Shown here: positions 20,435 through 31,193 of the stretch, in pieces
Position numbering within the stretch: position 1 is the stretch's first letter
How the letters are laid out: each line of letters begins with the position of its first letter
Assembly (NCBI GenBank): GCA_031385045.1
Contig: JANNBC010000015.1
Location: 1 to 64,000, forward strand
Direction of reading: 5' to 3'
Length of the DNA: 64,000 nt
From: a bacterium
GTDB lineage: Bacteria > Bdellovibrionota_C > UBA2361 > CALJRW01
Translations under genes and position numbers: made by a program
The notes under the pieces: model-generated
The model's input: the letters and a program-made list of their open reading frames with translations, nothing else
What the model was told of the DNA's origin: nothing
Databases searched by the model: none

Positions 20435-22879
20435 TTATTCCTCTAAGTTCCAATAATTAACTTCCTCTTCTTCCGATTTTGATTCTACCTTAGTTCCAGG
20501 AAGATAATATTCCAAAACAGCACCAGGAGAATTTTCAGCAACAACTTGTGCCGTATGCTTATTCACCCAAAAAGACTCCAGTCCTGGAGGAGGAACGAAA
20601 TCAGCAATTTTTGCTTTAGGATTATCTTGAGGATTAGCTTCAAAATTAACACTCTTTGCTTGTTCTAATTCCTGAGCTGTAATTCCATCTCGTGCTTCTA
20701 AAAAAGTTTTCATGAAATTTAACCAAATTGGCACTGCCGCCGATCCCCCAGTTTCTCTAGCTCCAATAATTCGCTTCACATCAAAACCAACCCATACTCC
20801 ACAAGCAAACTCCGGAGTATAGCCAACAAACCAAGCATCCATATGCTGGTTGGATGTTCCAGTTTTTCCAGCAGCTGGGCGTTTCAATTCTTTCACTTTC
20901 CAACCAGTTCCACTTTCCACTACCCCACGCATCATGTTCGCCATAATAAAGGCAACTTTTTCATCAATAACTTGGCGAAAGTTTAGATCAGGTTTTTCAT
21001 CATGATCGTAAATTACATTCCCATCTCGATCGACAACTTTTTTAATAAAGACACTATCAAATAAATATCCCCCAGCCGGAAAAACTCCATAAGCTCGAGT
21101 AATTTCTAATGGTGTAACTTCACTACTACCAAGTGATAAAGATAAGTTCTGTCCCATTGGACTAGTAATCCCCATTGATTTGGCATAACGAATTACTGGA
21201 TCAACTCCAATCCGCGACATAATATCAGCAGAAACTAAGTTTCGCGATTTTTCCAAAGCAACACGCAAGGTGATGGCGCCCATGTAAGTTTTATCAAAGT
21301 TAGCTGGCTGCCAAACTTGAGTACCTACTCGAAAAACTCGTGGCTCATCATAAACAATAGTTGATGGCGTATACTTAAATCCATCTACTGCCGCTAAGTA
21401 AACAATTGGCTTAAAGGCCGAACCCGGCTGACGTAGGGCTTGAGTTGCGCGGTTAAAAACACTCTGCTCAAAATCATATCCGCCAACAGTTGCCAAGACA
21501 TCACCATTATGTGGATTTAAAAATACTAACGCCGCTTCAACTTTAGGAGTCTGATCCATTTGTAAAGAATTATCTGGAATAGCAACTTTTTCAGCAGATG
21601 CTATGTCAGGTAACAACTTATCTAAGTTAGCAGTATTTTTTTGAGATACCTCAATAACATCTCCAACTCGCAAATGCTTATTAAGTACTACCCATTGAGA
21701 CCTGTCTTGCGCATTAAGTAATTTTTTTGCCCAAGCACTATCCTTTAAGCTGATTGTTCCCGTAAAATGTCCCAAATCAACTCTTACTGTTTCACCTTCA
21801 ATTTTCTTAATTAAAGCTGGATAAAGTTTATCAGGTAAAATTGACTGAGCAAATTTATCACTATACTTAGCTTTAAACTTTTCATCTTCTGTTCCCAGAT
21901 CAAAACGATCTATTGGCCCCATCCATCCACGACGCTTATCAACCTCTCGCAGTCCATTACGAACAGCAGTTCTAGCATAATCTTGAGCTTGTAAATTAAC
22001 TGCTGTGTAAACTTTTAAACCATCTCGTTTTAGATCATAGGTTGGCCACTTCTCTTGAAAAACTCGTAAGACTTCTGTTACATAATAATTTGCCCGACGA
22101 ATCTTCCCGGCACGATTTAATTTTACTTCAATTGGAAAATTGATCGCCTCTTGATATTCGCTTTCATTAATAAACTTATGCTTTAACATTTGCTCTAAAA
22201 CATATGTCTGGCGTTGTTTTGCTAAATCAAAATTACTAACTGGTGAGTAACGTGAAGGAGCTTGCGGAAGTCCAGCTAAAATTGCCGCTTCGGCGACATG
22301 CAAATCCTTAGCAGGCTTTTGGAAATATACTTGAGACGCCGCTTCCAAACCATAAGCAGTGTTGCCAAAGAAAATCTGGTTTAAATATAATTCTAGAATT
22401 TGATTTTTAGTAAGACTATTTTCAATCTCAAAAGCTAAGATTGCTTCCTTAACTTTTCTTTCTAATTTCTTTTCATTTGATAATAAAAGGTTCTTAACTA
22501 CCTGCTGAGTAATTGTAGATCCCCCCTGCTTGACTGAACCTTCTTGAATATTCTTAATCATTGCTCGCAGAATACTCATCAAATCAATTCCCGGATGAGT
22601 ATAGAAAGCAGCATCTTCGGCAGCTAAGAAAGCATTAATTACATTCTTTGGTACATCTTCAATGTGAACTGGATAACGACGATCCTCATACTCTTCGGCG
22701 ATTAACTCACCATTAGAATCATAAATCATGGAGGCAGCATCTGGCTGATAGCTATTTAGGCCATCAAATTTTGGCAGGTCACGAGAGTAATAGTTATAGC
22801 CCCAATACGCGACACCTACTCCCAGCAAGGCTCCACCAAAAATAACAACGAATAAGAAGATCAATAATTTTTTTAACAT
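20435..22879 (-). CDS. mrcA: Penicillin-binding protein 1A (bifunctional transglycosylase/transpeptidase)
   Basis: EDAAFYTHPG, GGSTITQQ, RKVKE, SAFK (SxxK), SRN, KTG. Confidence 0.92.
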   Translation of the reverse strand: MLKKLLIFLFVVIFGGALLGVGVAYWGYNYYSRDLPKFDGLNSYQPDAASMIYDSNGELIAEEYEDRRYPVHIEDVPKNVINAFLAAEDAAFYTHPGIDLMSILRAMIKNIQEGSVKQGGSTITQQVVKNLLLSNEKKLERKVKEAILAFEIENSLTKNQILELYLNQIFFGNTAYGLEAASQVYFQKPAKDLHVAEAAILAGLPQAPSRYSPVSNFDLAKQRQTYVLEQMLKHKFINESEYQEAINFPIEVKLNRAGKIRRANYYVTEVLRVFQEKWPTYDLKRDGLKVYTAVNLQAQDYARTAVRNGLREVDKRRGWMGPIDRFDLGTEDEKFKAKYSDKFAQSILPDKLYPALIKKIEGETVRVDLGHFTGTISLKDSAWAKKLLNAQDRSQWVVLNKHLRVGDVIEVSQKNTANLDKLLPDIASAEKVAIPDNSLQMDQTPKVEAALVFLNPHNGDVLATVGGYDFEQSVFNRATQALRQPGSAFKPIVYLAAVDGFKYTPSTIVYDEPRVFRVGTQVWQPANFDKTYMGAITLRVALEKSRNLVSADIMSRIGVDPVIRYAKSMGITSPMGQNLSLSLGSSEVTPLEITRAYGVFPAGGYLFDSVFIKKVVDRDGNVIYDHDEKPDLNFRQVIDEKVAFIMANMMRGVVESGTGWKVKELKRPAAGKTGTSNQHMDAWFVGYTPEFACGVWVGFDVKRIIGARETGGSAAVPIWLNFMKTFLEARDGITAQELEQAKSVNFEANPQDNPKAKIADFVPPPGLESFWVNKHTAQVVAENSPGAVLEYYLPGTKVESKSEEEEVNYWNLEE

Positions 22880-22936
22880 TGTGGCTAATTTTTTCTAATA
22901 ATTTTTAGATTCGAAGTCCGCTAAAAAACGAGACAG

Positions 22937-24484
22937 TTACGAATTCTTTCTGCGATAACTAATACTGAGCAACAGAATCAACAAAATTTCTGGAATAATC
23001 AGTGCTAATAAAAAGACTTTCTGATAATCAGATTTTCCGATTGGCATCATGCTAGTTGATTCTAAAAATCTGGAACTAATCTTTAAATCTTCTTGCTCGC
23101 CTACTAACCAGTTAACTGTTCTGATAAACAGCTCTTTATTAGCATAAATATCAAGATTTGCATTAACTAGCCACTCTAAGTCAGAAAATACTACTATCCG
23201 TTGATCTTTAGAGTTAGCATCTTTGCTGACTTCGCCTTCGTAGGCCATGGCCAGCGTCACTGGTCCCAAATAATCCTTTTTAGGATCAAACACTGCTTTT
23301 GGTTCTTCGGAGTTTAAAATCTCTAAGTCAGTTTCTCCCCAAGCAGCATTTGATGTTTTTAGTAATGGAGTAACTTTACCCTTGGCATGATCAATTTCGC
23401 TTAAAATTGAGGCAATTAAAAAAATAGCTGCCTTACGATCTTTTAGTTGCTGAGTAACTGGATGCTCAGCGAAGTCATTAACTATAACCTGCCAACCAAC
23501 CTCTGGGCCATCATGCAATAATCTTTGCTGATCAATTGCCACTGCTCTTTCAATTTTAATTCCATAGTTAGAAATTAAAGAATTAAAATCAATTTTGTTT
23601 TCGGGATCATCAAGCGCTAATAAATTCCCACCAGCTGACAAGTAATCTTGTAGCATTTCAATTTCATTTGGCAGGTAATCTTTTGTGCCTGAGGCTAAGA
23701 TTACCAAGCGCGCATCCGTTGGAATTTGCTTACCACTTCCTAAAATTAAACCATGGAGTTCATAGTTCTGACCTTGCAGTGCTTGCATCATCTCACTTAG
23801 TCCAGCCTCATCTTCTAATTCCGGACTTGGCTCCCCATGACCAAAAGCATAATAAACTTTACCTTTGGCACCAGCCACTAAACGATAAATGGATTTACTA
23901 ATCTCAACCTCAGTAAATGTTTTAGTTTTACCAACAAGCGCCTCTTTTCCTTCTCCGTATTCAAAGTAAAGAAAACTAGCTTCTTCCGGATTTAGATAAC
24001 TACGTAACTGCTTAGCTTTTCTAGGGTCAACGATCTGATACTTGATTAATGGACTAGCTTTAGCATAAAGCCCTAACAAGCGATCCGCTTCTTGCCGTGT
24101 AGTTGGATTAAAGTCATCCATGAAAAACAGCGTAAGCGGTTTCTTAAGCTTAGCCAATAATTCTGTTGATTCACTGGCCAATGAATAAACTTTTTGTTGA
24201 GATAAATCCCAAGTATACTTTTGCTTATTTAACCAAGACTGCCAAAGTGAAAGTCCAACAAGAATTACTATTCCTAAAACCAAGTTAATTAAGATTCGAG
24301 TTAATTTGGATTTCTCTTTTTTAAAGTTAAGTAAAACTTTAACTGTTGCAACTAAAAATAGAATTCCCGCACTAGCAAAGTGCATCAAGACAATGCTCGC
24401 CGAAAAAGACTCCTTCGCTAAGCCAGTTAAAAAACCAAACAACGAAATCACCAATGCTAGTAAGAAATAATAGTTCTGGTTCAT
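22937..24484 (-). CDS. GldG-like ABC transporter auxiliary component
   Basis: WDLSQQKVYSL, YAFGHGE, GGNLLALDDP, ANKELFIRTVNWL; C-terminal TM. Confidence 0.8.
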   Translation of the reverse strand: MNQNYYFLLALVISLFGFLTGLAKESFSASIVLMHFASAGILFLVATVKVLLNFKKEKSKLTRILINLVLGIVILVGLSLWQSWLNKQKYTWDLSQQKVYSLASESTELLAKLKKPLTLFFMDDFNPTTRQEADRLLGLYAKASPLIKYQIVDPRKAKQLRSYLNPEEASFLYFEYGEGKEALVGKTKTFTEVEISKSIYRLVAGAKGKVYYAFGHGEPSPELEDEAGLSEMMQALQGQNYELHGLILGSGKQIPTDARLVILASGTKDYLPNEIEMLQDYLSAGGNLLALDDPENKIDFNSLISNYGIKIERAVAIDQQRLLHDGPEVGWQVIVNDFAEHPVTQQLKDRKAAIFLIASILSEIDHAKGKVTPLLKTSNAAWGETDLEILNSEEPKAVFDPKKDYLGPVTLAMAYEGEVSKDANSKDQRIVVFSDLEWLVNANLDIYANKELFIRTVNWLVGEQEDLKISSRFLESTSMMPIGKSDYQKVFLLALIIPEILLILLLSISYRRKNS

Positions 24485-25254
24485 CGGGTATGTCGGTAAA
24501 AACTAATTAATTGTTTGAAAATTACTAAGCAGACGATAATCAATAAAAAATGAAAACTTAAACTTTCCAAGCTTAACTCGCCACGAATCAAAGACTTTGC
24601 CTGACTAAGCGGAGACCAAAGATTAATAAATTGTGCTAAACCAACGCTGACCTTCCCAAGCACTAGCTGTAGACTAAAAGCTAAGCTAATAAAAATAAAA
24701 CTTAAGAATCCGGCCGTTAGCGGATTATTACAAACAAAGCTTAAAGCCAGACAACCAGCAACCAATAAACTACAATTTAAAAGTAGTGCTAATAAGCCAG
24801 TAAAGATAATTGGCACTTCCACATTAGCAAATAGTAATAAGCTAAAGGGTAAGACTCCTGCAACTAACTGCATAATAAAAACTGGCAACAAAGTTCCCAA
24901 GTATTTCCCCTTGGCTAACTGCCAATCGCTTAAGGGATAATTTAAAAGCAAGTCCCAAGTGCCTTGTTTTTTTTCTTCTACGACAGAACGAATAATAATT
25001 AATGGGATTAAAATAATATTAAAAACCATTAAGGTCATGTAGTAGTTCTCAACAACCCACTGATTCAAATTGATCTTCTCCATTCCAAGATAAGAGCCGG
25101 CAGAAGCTTTTTGAATAGCAAGATTAAAATTTCCTAAATAGTTTAGGAAAAAATACTCCGCTAATAATAAAAAGCCAGTAAAGATAACCGCTGCTTGAGG
25201 AGTCAGAAAAAATGTCCGTAAATCTTTTTTAGCAATCTGCACTACTTCACACAT
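24481..25254 (-). CDS. GldF-like ABC-2 permease
   Basis: EEKKQGTWDLLLNYP, KGKYLG; about six TM segments. Confidence 0.8.
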   Translation of the reverse strand: MCEVVQIAKKDLRTFFLTPQAAVIFTGFLLLAEYFFLNYLGNFNLAIQKASAGSYLGMEKINLNQWVVENYYMTLMVFNIILIPLIIIRSVVEEKKQGTWDLLLNYPLSDWQLAKGKYLGTLLPVFIMQLVAGVLPFSLLLFANVEVPIIFTGLLALLLNCSLLVAGCLALSFVCNNPLTAGFLSFIFISLAFSLQLVLGKVSVGLAQFINLWSPLSQAKSLIRGELSLESLSFHFLLIIVCLVIFKQLISFYRHTR

Positions 25255-25256
25255 GA

Positions 25257-25958
25257 TTAGATTGTTTGTTGATAAAGTGTTTCCAGATCGATTCTCTTGC
25301 CAGCTTCTTTTGGTAAGACTTGATCAAATATTTTATGTCCCTTACTAATTCCAATCACCCTAGAACAAAGCAACTCAACTTCTCTTAATTGATGAGAACA
25401 AAGAATGATAATCATCTTTGGAGCTTCAGCTGTTAGGAGATCAATTAACTCTTTAATTTGGACAGGATCTAATCCAGTGTTCGGCTCATCCAAAAGTAGT
25501 AGTTCTGGACTACGCATCAGGGCTTGTGCCAGCATCAATCTTTGCTGGTAGCCTTTAGATAAATTAGCACAAAGTTTTTTAGCAACCGCTGCTAATTGAA
25601 ATTTCTCGATTGCTTGCTCTAGCTTAACCTTAGCTTCAGCTTTACTGCTTCCCGCTAAACGAAACATAAAGTTCAAATACTCAGTAACATTTAGCTCTGG
25701 ATAAACCGCGGATTTTTCTGGCACATAGGCAAGCTTCCGTCGAAACTCTAGAGAGTTAGTTGCAATCGTTTCCCCTTGCCACTTAACAACTCCAACGGTT
25801 GGAGTTAAAATTCCTGCTAAGATTTTTAAAGTAGTACTCTTCCCCGAACCATTAGGCCCCAGCAAACCAATAATCTCCCCACGCTCGGCTTGCAGGCTTA
25901 ATCCCTGAAGTGCCTGGTAATCGGCATATTGTTTGGACATATTTTGAATTTCTAGCAT
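25257..25958 (-). CDS. GldA-like ABC ATP-binding protein
   Basis: GPNGSGKST, LSKGYQQR, LLLDEP, SH. Confidence 0.9.
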   Translation of the reverse strand: MLEIQNMSKQYADYQALQGLSLQAERGEIIGLLGPNGSGKSTTLKILAGILTPTVGVVKWQGETIATNSLEFRRKLAYVPEKSAVYPELNVTEYLNFMFRLAGSSKAEAKVKLEQAIEKFQLAAVAKKLCANLSKGYQQRLMLAQALMRSPELLLLDEPNTGLDPVQIKELIDLLTAEAPKMIIILCSHQLREVELLCSRVIGISKGHKIFDQVLPKEAGKRIDLETLYQQTI

Positions 25959-26303
25959 CGGAGGGAGAATAACTAGATTTCACCAAGAGGTAAAGCTTTT
26001 CTAAGACTCTTTACTTGGGCAAATAGAAGTTATGTGATTAATAATTATAAATAAGCCGAGGATCTTGTGAATAAGTAGATCTTAATTCTTGGTCTAGCAA
26101 AAATTATTGTCATCAGAGGATCGTCTAGGCTCCATTAACAGCTTATTTTTAAGAAGTGTTCTCTTTGAATATGTCATGAATTAGACGGATCACACTCTTC
26201 TCCACTCTTGCCTTTTACTGTTTTTGCGGAAGAAGCCCCTTCATCAAATTAAGTTATAATAGTGTTATCAAAATGGTCAGAACCAAAAATTATAATTTTA
26301 ATT

Positions 26304-26579
26304 TTATCGAAATAAGTCGGCATGCGTCCCAGTCCTAACCAAAATTAATTCTTTATCTTCATTAATTAAATAAATCATTAACCAACCTGGTTCAATATGA
26401 CATTCACTAAAGCCATTCCAATTCCCAGAGAGTCGATGAGGGCGATTCTTAGTTGGAAGTTGTTTATCTTGCTGAAGAATCTTTACAACCGACCAAAATA
26501 AATTTAAATCCTTTCCTCGCTTCTTTGCCTTACGTAAATCCTTGCGACAATTATTTTCAAGGATTAAACTTAGCATCAA
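26304..26579 (-). CDS. yafQ: YafQ-family (RelE superfamily) toxin
   Basis: HRLSGNW, ECHIEPGWLMIY, RTGTHADLF. Confidence 0.85.
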   Translation of the reverse strand: MMLSLILENNCRKDLRKAKKRGKDLNLFWSVVKILQQDKQLPTKNRPHRLSGNWNGFSECHIEPGWLMIYLINEDKELILVRTGTHADLFR

Positions 26580-26833
26580 TCAAACTCAGCCTTTAACTCA
26601 TCAAGTGATTTATACCTTTTGAGATTCTTCCCCTTTAAGCTATTACGCATTGCCTTTTCAGTTTTTAGATTTGGCTTTTTCACATCAAAAGGCAAACCTT
26701 CATGTAAGATTACTTGGTGAAGAAATAAATTGATGGCCTCAGAAAGACTAAGGCCAAGCTCCTTTAACACTGAGCCAGCATTCTTTTTTACCTTTGGTTC
26801 AACTCTTGTAGTAATCATCATTGTCTTGCTCAT
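26576..26833 (-). CDS. dinJ: RelB/DinJ-family antitoxin (likely start 26833 after AAGGAG)
   Basis: MSKTMMITTRVE...LGLSLSEAINLFL...GLPFDVKKPN; overlaps the toxin start. Confidence 0.85.
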   Translation of the reverse strand: MSKTMMITTRVEPKVKKNAGSVLKELGLSLSEAINLFLHQVILHEGLPFDVKKPNLKTEKAMRNSLKGKNLKRYKSLDELKAEFD

Positions 26834-26854
26834 ATCTGTCTCCTTGTAATATAA

Positions 26855-26882
26855 CAATTGTATATCAAATGTAATACAATTG
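26855..26882. promoter_or_regulatory. Probable dinJ-yafQ operator
   Basis: CAATTGTAT-N10-ATACAATTG perfect inverted repeat upstream of the antitoxin. Confidence 0.6.
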
Positions 26883-26948
26883 CAATACAAGGCGTGACTT
26901 ACTATCCCAACTCTTAACAGTTATAACTATCTGAATCTACTTATAATG

Positions 26949-29465
26949 TTACCTATCTATTGTCTTATCAACTCGTAGAGCCCCTTGGTAAATCCCCTGA
27001 TTTCGAAAGTTCAGTTTGATCTGCCTTTTTCCAAGAAGACTAAGTAGCGGAAGTTCCATGCTGGCATAAACATCAAAAGTTCTACCATCAAAATTAATAT
27101 CCATTTTAAAGCAATTAGGATCTAGCGGTTCACAGTTAATTTTTGCTCCACCATAAGCTGCTTTTAAAGCTTCATACCCTTTACTAATTGCAAGTGGTTG
27201 ATCCCAATTAAAATCTTCTTCTCCCTGCCCTTGAAATCCAACAAATTTAATTTCACAATTTATATCTGGATCCTGACAAGCACTGGGAATTTGATCTTTC
27301 GTAAGTTGCCCAAGCTTTTCTGGAACTTCCAAATCCCCAACCACTGCATCTTTTTGTGGTAGATACCCATAACAACTAATCCCAGGTTTTTGATCAACAT
27401 ATTGATACCCAGCAAGAGCTCTCTCCACATCTAAATAATCTAACTCTGAAAGTCCCAACACCCGCTCTGCCTCATTTCCAACACTCTCCTTCCAATTACA
27501 CCCAGTCTCCAATTCAGAGTGTGCCCCAACTAACAAAGAACTACTTAAAGAACGTGGGATATTTTCTGCTTGTGACTTATTAAAATCAAAGTTTTTATTT
27601 TGAACTTGAAAGGCAGGACAATTAACAGCAAGATTATCTAATTTAAACTTACTTGGCTTAATGCCCTTAGTCTCAATTTGGCTTCCTACACTAACTACCC
27701 CCTTGTTCCAACTAACCTTCTGATATTTTCGAACTGACTCCGGAAGATCCGTAACCTTTGGACTAGGACTATCAGTACAACTCTGTTGTTCATAACTTAA
27801 GCTAACAGCTGGCAAAACAATATTTTTCTCCGAATATACTTGTTTAAAATTAGCTACCTTTAGTGGATCATTTACAGCACAAACTTTTTCCGCTTCAGCG
27901 AAGGAGGTGGTATTGGGATTGGATTTAACACCAAAGTTTATTCCACAAGATTTTGTAATTGGATTAGATCCAGCACAAGATTTTGTTTGATTAATAGAGA
28001 CAAAACAATCTGGGCAATTTGGTGGAAGTGTATTTGAGCTCACACATCCAGAGGCTCGTGTTTCAAAATAGTTTTCTAAAGTTACTCTACTTAAAATATT
28101 CCTAGGAACACTCTGCCCCCCAACCTCCAAATACTGACAAGTTTTAAGAGGATTAGCGCTCGTCCCCTGAATTAAAATATTAGAATCCTCACAATAATGC
28201 TCCTCATGAACCTGCTGATGTTGTCCATAAAATAAACGTAATTTATTCCCCTGCCATCCTGTCCGCGTTGCCTCTTCATTCGTCCTTTGTAAATAAAACT
28301 CTAACGTATAAGTCTCTCCAGCTTGTAAAATAATATTCTGATAAAGCTCAAATTCTTGATAATTATTAAAGCTAGAAACATTAGCAGTTGGTGCACCCCG
28401 AGGAACAAAATTTGCCTCCACTATATTATTAGAATCATAAGTGAAAATCCTTCCCCCTAAATTAAATTGTTTAAAGTTTGTAACCTGTCCATTAATATTT
28501 AAACCTCTACCTTTTAGATTAATTTTAACCTTCCCCCTAGATCCTTGAGCTAAAGAATCAACAGGAAATTTTCCAGTAATAAACAAAACTGTAGGAACCT
28601 GCGTTACACTACATTCATGATTAAAGTTTACTTGCTGAATGTCAGTTGCTGAATCAATGTTACGCGATTTAAAGCAAGGTAAATTACCTAAACTAGGAAC
28701 AGTAAAAGTACTCTGACCAATAAACTTATTATAAGGAGCACCGTCTTGAGTAAGATTTTTAACCGTTCCAATGACATTACTAAGATCAATAATCTCTCTT
28801 GGGTAACTAGCCTCCAAAGACTTACGATAAAGAAACCGAGGACTTAATGTAGATTTCGAATCACTGCCTGTCTCGATATAAGGCAAACTAGCCGTCTTTA
28901 AATAATAATCTAAATTAACTTTAAGCCTGTCTTTTTTCTCAGTAACTAAATACTCAACATCCTTTCTGTAATAGCTAACTCTATCCAGTACCTGTGCAAT
29001 TGGATTATCAAATTGATATTTTGTACCAAGCAATTTCTCAGTCGATAGCGAATATAAATATTCTGGAAGTGGCCAGCGAGTTGTAGCTTTTTGCATTTTA
29101 ACTTCATAAAGTGGCACAGAGGTTAAATTAGCGGTTTGAATACAATCAGCCTCAAGTGGAGTTAAGCAACGCAAGGTTCTCTTAACACTTTCTTGCAAAG
29201 AAGTTTTAACCCTTAGAACATTTCCGACATCCAAGAGTAGTAACAAAAGTGGTAATCCAATCATGGCTACCACTGCATATTCTAAAATCACTAAGCCATG
29301 GCTTTCAGATATAAGCTTAGTTAATAACTCAGTAATTTGTTTATTTAAGGTAATTTTTGGAAACATAATCTCTAAGTTATCGTTTCCTAGCTTAAAAAGT
29401 TTCCCTTGAAAGCAAAGTTTTTGATTGAACCTCAAAATAGGGAAAGGTATTATAGTATCGTGCAA
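26949..29465 (-). CDS. Large TadE-like pseudopilin with Cys-rich insertion (true start likely near 29366)
   Basis: HG|LVILEYAVVAMIGLPLLLLLLDVG prepilin motif; TadE-like C-terminus FDVYASMELPLLSLLG. Confidence 0.6.
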   Translation of the reverse strand: MHDTIIPFPILRFNQKLCFQGKLFKLGNDNLEIMFPKITLNKQITELLTKLISESHGLVILEYAVVAMIGLPLLLLLLDVGNVLRVKTSLQESVKRTLRCLTPLEADCIQTANLTSVPLYEVKMQKATTRWPLPEYLYSLSTEKLLGTKYQFDNPIAQVLDRVSYYRKDVEYLVTEKKDRLKVNLDYYLKTASLPYIETGSDSKSTLSPRFLYRKSLEASYPREIIDLSNVIGTVKNLTQDGAPYNKFIGQSTFTVPSLGNLPCFKSRNIDSATDIQQVNFNHECSVTQVPTVLFITGKFPVDSLAQGSRGKVKINLKGRGLNINGQVTNFKQFNLGGRIFTYDSNNIVEANFVPRGAPTANVSSFNNYQEFELYQNIILQAGETYTLEFYLQRTNEEATRTGWQGNKLRLFYGQHQQVHEEHYCEDSNILIQGTSANPLKTCQYLEVGGQSVPRNILSRVTLENYFETRASGCVSSNTLPPNCPDCFVSINQTKSCAGSNPITKSCGINFGVKSNPNTTSFAEAEKVCAVNDPLKVANFKQVYSEKNIVLPAVSLSYEQQSCTDSPSPKVTDLPESVRKYQKVSWNKGVVSVGSQIETKGIKPSKFKLDNLAVNCPAFQVQNKNFDFNKSQAENIPRSLSSSLLVGAHSELETGCNWKESVGNEAERVLGLSELDYLDVERALAGYQYVDQKPGISCYGYLPQKDAVVGDLEVPEKLGQLTKDQIPSACQDPDINCEIKFVGFQGQGEEDFNWDQPLAISKGYEALKAAYGGAKINCEPLDPNCFKMDINFDGRTFDVYASMELPLLSLLGKRQIKLNFRNQGIYQGALRVDKTIDR

Positions 29466-31094
29466 ATTAGACTAATTTTATTGCCTATTTTACTATCCAT
29501 CTGGTTAAACTCTAACCAACTTTTTGCAGAACAAGGCTTCCATGCCTTTCAAGTTAGATCATCTAACTCCAATATCAAGAAAAGCATTAAAGAAAATTAT
29601 TCAGGAAAACTAAAACTTCAATTCCAATTAAGAATCGCGAGAATAGGTAGATTAAAAATTACCCTTAAGAAACAAGAAGTTCCAAAATCTACAATTCTTT
29701 ATACCGATAAAAACAATCAAATTACTCAAACCAAATCATCAATTATAAATTTTAAAGGACTGGTAAAACATAAAAACTTCACCAGTCCCTTAGCCGGCAG
29801 TGCATTTGCGTTTAGCAACAAACCAGAAGAGCAGAATCTAATTTTAAGTTTTAGTACAAAAAGAAAAGCAAACACCCAATTAAACAAAATTAAAACTAAC
29901 CTTTCGAATCCAAAACATTACTCAAGGCTCTATCGTCTATCTAAATCAGAACCAATTCCATGCGGAAATACGAAAGAACGCTTGAACCCCTTGAGTAACA
30001 ATTTCACAAATGCAAACCCAAGACTCTCTTCCTTTTCAACATTTAAAGAAATTGAACTTAACCTAGATGCAGATGCCTATTGGTATCAAATCTTTGGGAG
30101 TGATAGTCATAATTTTATTAGTATGTTTGTTAATGAAGCCGAAGTGATCTACGAGGAACAGTTAGGTCTTACTTTCAAAATTATACGGCAAAATGTTTTT
30201 ATTGATAAAAACTTTGGAAGCGTACCTTCGACTGAACAACTCAATAATTATCTTTCCTATAGTCTCAATCAAACATATTCAAATTATGCTGATATTTTCT
30301 ATTTATTATCAGGCAAAGATAACTATATGGACGACACCATTGGAATAGCTAAATTTAAAACATTATGCTTTGCGCCAAGTAGCTCATTTGGAATGAGTCA
30401 ATTTACTAATATATTATCTAGTTTTTCGGTCATTACTCATGAAATAGGTCATATCTTAGGAGCGATTCATGATGATGGGATAAATTATGAAGGCAACTTA
30501 TGTTCTAGTTCAGAGAACTTTATTATGTCCCCATTTCTTAATAACACATCTCCCCAATCCACCTTCTCCCTCTGCTCAATCAATTCAATAAATTCTTACT
30601 TAACAGATGCCGACTTCTGTCTAACTCCAGTTTCCTCAAACTCCACCGACGCCACACCCAACACCCTCCCCCCAAGAACCCCAATGGAAAACCCAATCCC
30701 TATTGCCCCCTTGGGTGAAATAGATCTTAAAGTAAGATTAAATAAAAATGGTACTGTAAGAATCACCACAACATGGCAAGCAGAAGAAGATATTAATGAT
30801 TGTCGCCTTTACCTAGATGCCGATTACAATCCAAGTAACCTAGCAACAGATAACTCCAAAAGTTTTACTTCTCTCCCCCTAGAGAACTCCCCTTTCTCAA
30901 TAAAAGTAAAAGTCCCTTTTAAAATCAAAGCAAAAAATAAAAAGTTTTCTTTACTTACACGATTAGTTTGTAACCAAGCAGAAAGAAACCGAAGTCAAAT
31001 AGTAGCAATAAAACCAAATAAAATTGATTCCCAACAAGAAATTAAACCCAACCAATGGCTTCGCAAATTTACCCAGAAACTTAGATCCCTTTAG
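29406..31094 (+). CDS. Secreted M12B/reprolysin-like zinc metallopeptidase (likely start GTG 29460)
   Basis: HEIGHILGAIHD zinc motif, Met-turn FIMSP, FSLCS, signal peptide ending QLFA. Confidence 0.8.
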   Translation: MKAKFLIEPQNRERYYSIVQIRLILLPILLSIWLNSNQLFAEQGFHAFQVRSSNSNIKKSIKENYSGKLKLQFQLRIARIGRLKITLKKQEVPKSTILYTDKNNQITQTKSSIINFKGLVKHKNFTSPLAGSAFAFSNKPEEQNLILSFSTKRKANTQLNKIKTNLSNPKHYSRLYRLSKSEPIPCGNTKERLNPLSNNFTNANPRLSSFSTFKEIELNLDADAYWYQIFGSDSHNFISMFVNEAEVIYEEQLGLTFKIIRQNVFIDKNFGSVPSTEQLNNYLSYSLNQTYSNYADIFYLLSGKDNYMDDTIGIAKFKTLCFAPSSSFGMSQFTNILSSFSVITHEIGHILGAIHDDGINYEGNLCSSSENFIMSPFLNNTSPQSTFSLCSINSINSYLTDADFCLTPVSSNSTDATPNTLPPRTPMENPIPIAPLGEIDLKVRLNKNGTVRITTTWQAEEDINDCRLYLDADYNPSNLATDNSKSFTSLPLENSPFSIKVKVPFKIKAKNKKFSLLTRLVCNQAERNRSQIVAIKPNKIDSQQEIKPNQWLRKFTQKLRSL

Positions 31095-31170
31095 TTAAGC
31101 TAAATATTCTCTTTTTAAAGCAACTTTATTGATTTTAAATCGATAGATTAATACTTGATTAGCCTTAAAA

Positions 31171-31193
31171 AAGTAGCTACAATGTAATTACTT
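31171..31193. promoter_or_regulatory. Probable mazEF-type operator overlapping a -10 box
   Basis: AAGTAGCTACA-A-TGTAATTACTT imperfect palindrome directly before the ATG. Confidence 0.5.

Noticed and set aside
26040..26300. Possible remnant or structured RNA downstream of yafQ
   Set aside because: Only a weak pairing (GATCGTCTA/TAGACGGATC) and no recognisable ORF; insufficient support.
29406..29465. Head-to-head overlap of the TadE-like and protease genes
   Set aside because: Artefact of longest-ORF starts; plausible starts near 29366 and 29460 remove the overlap.
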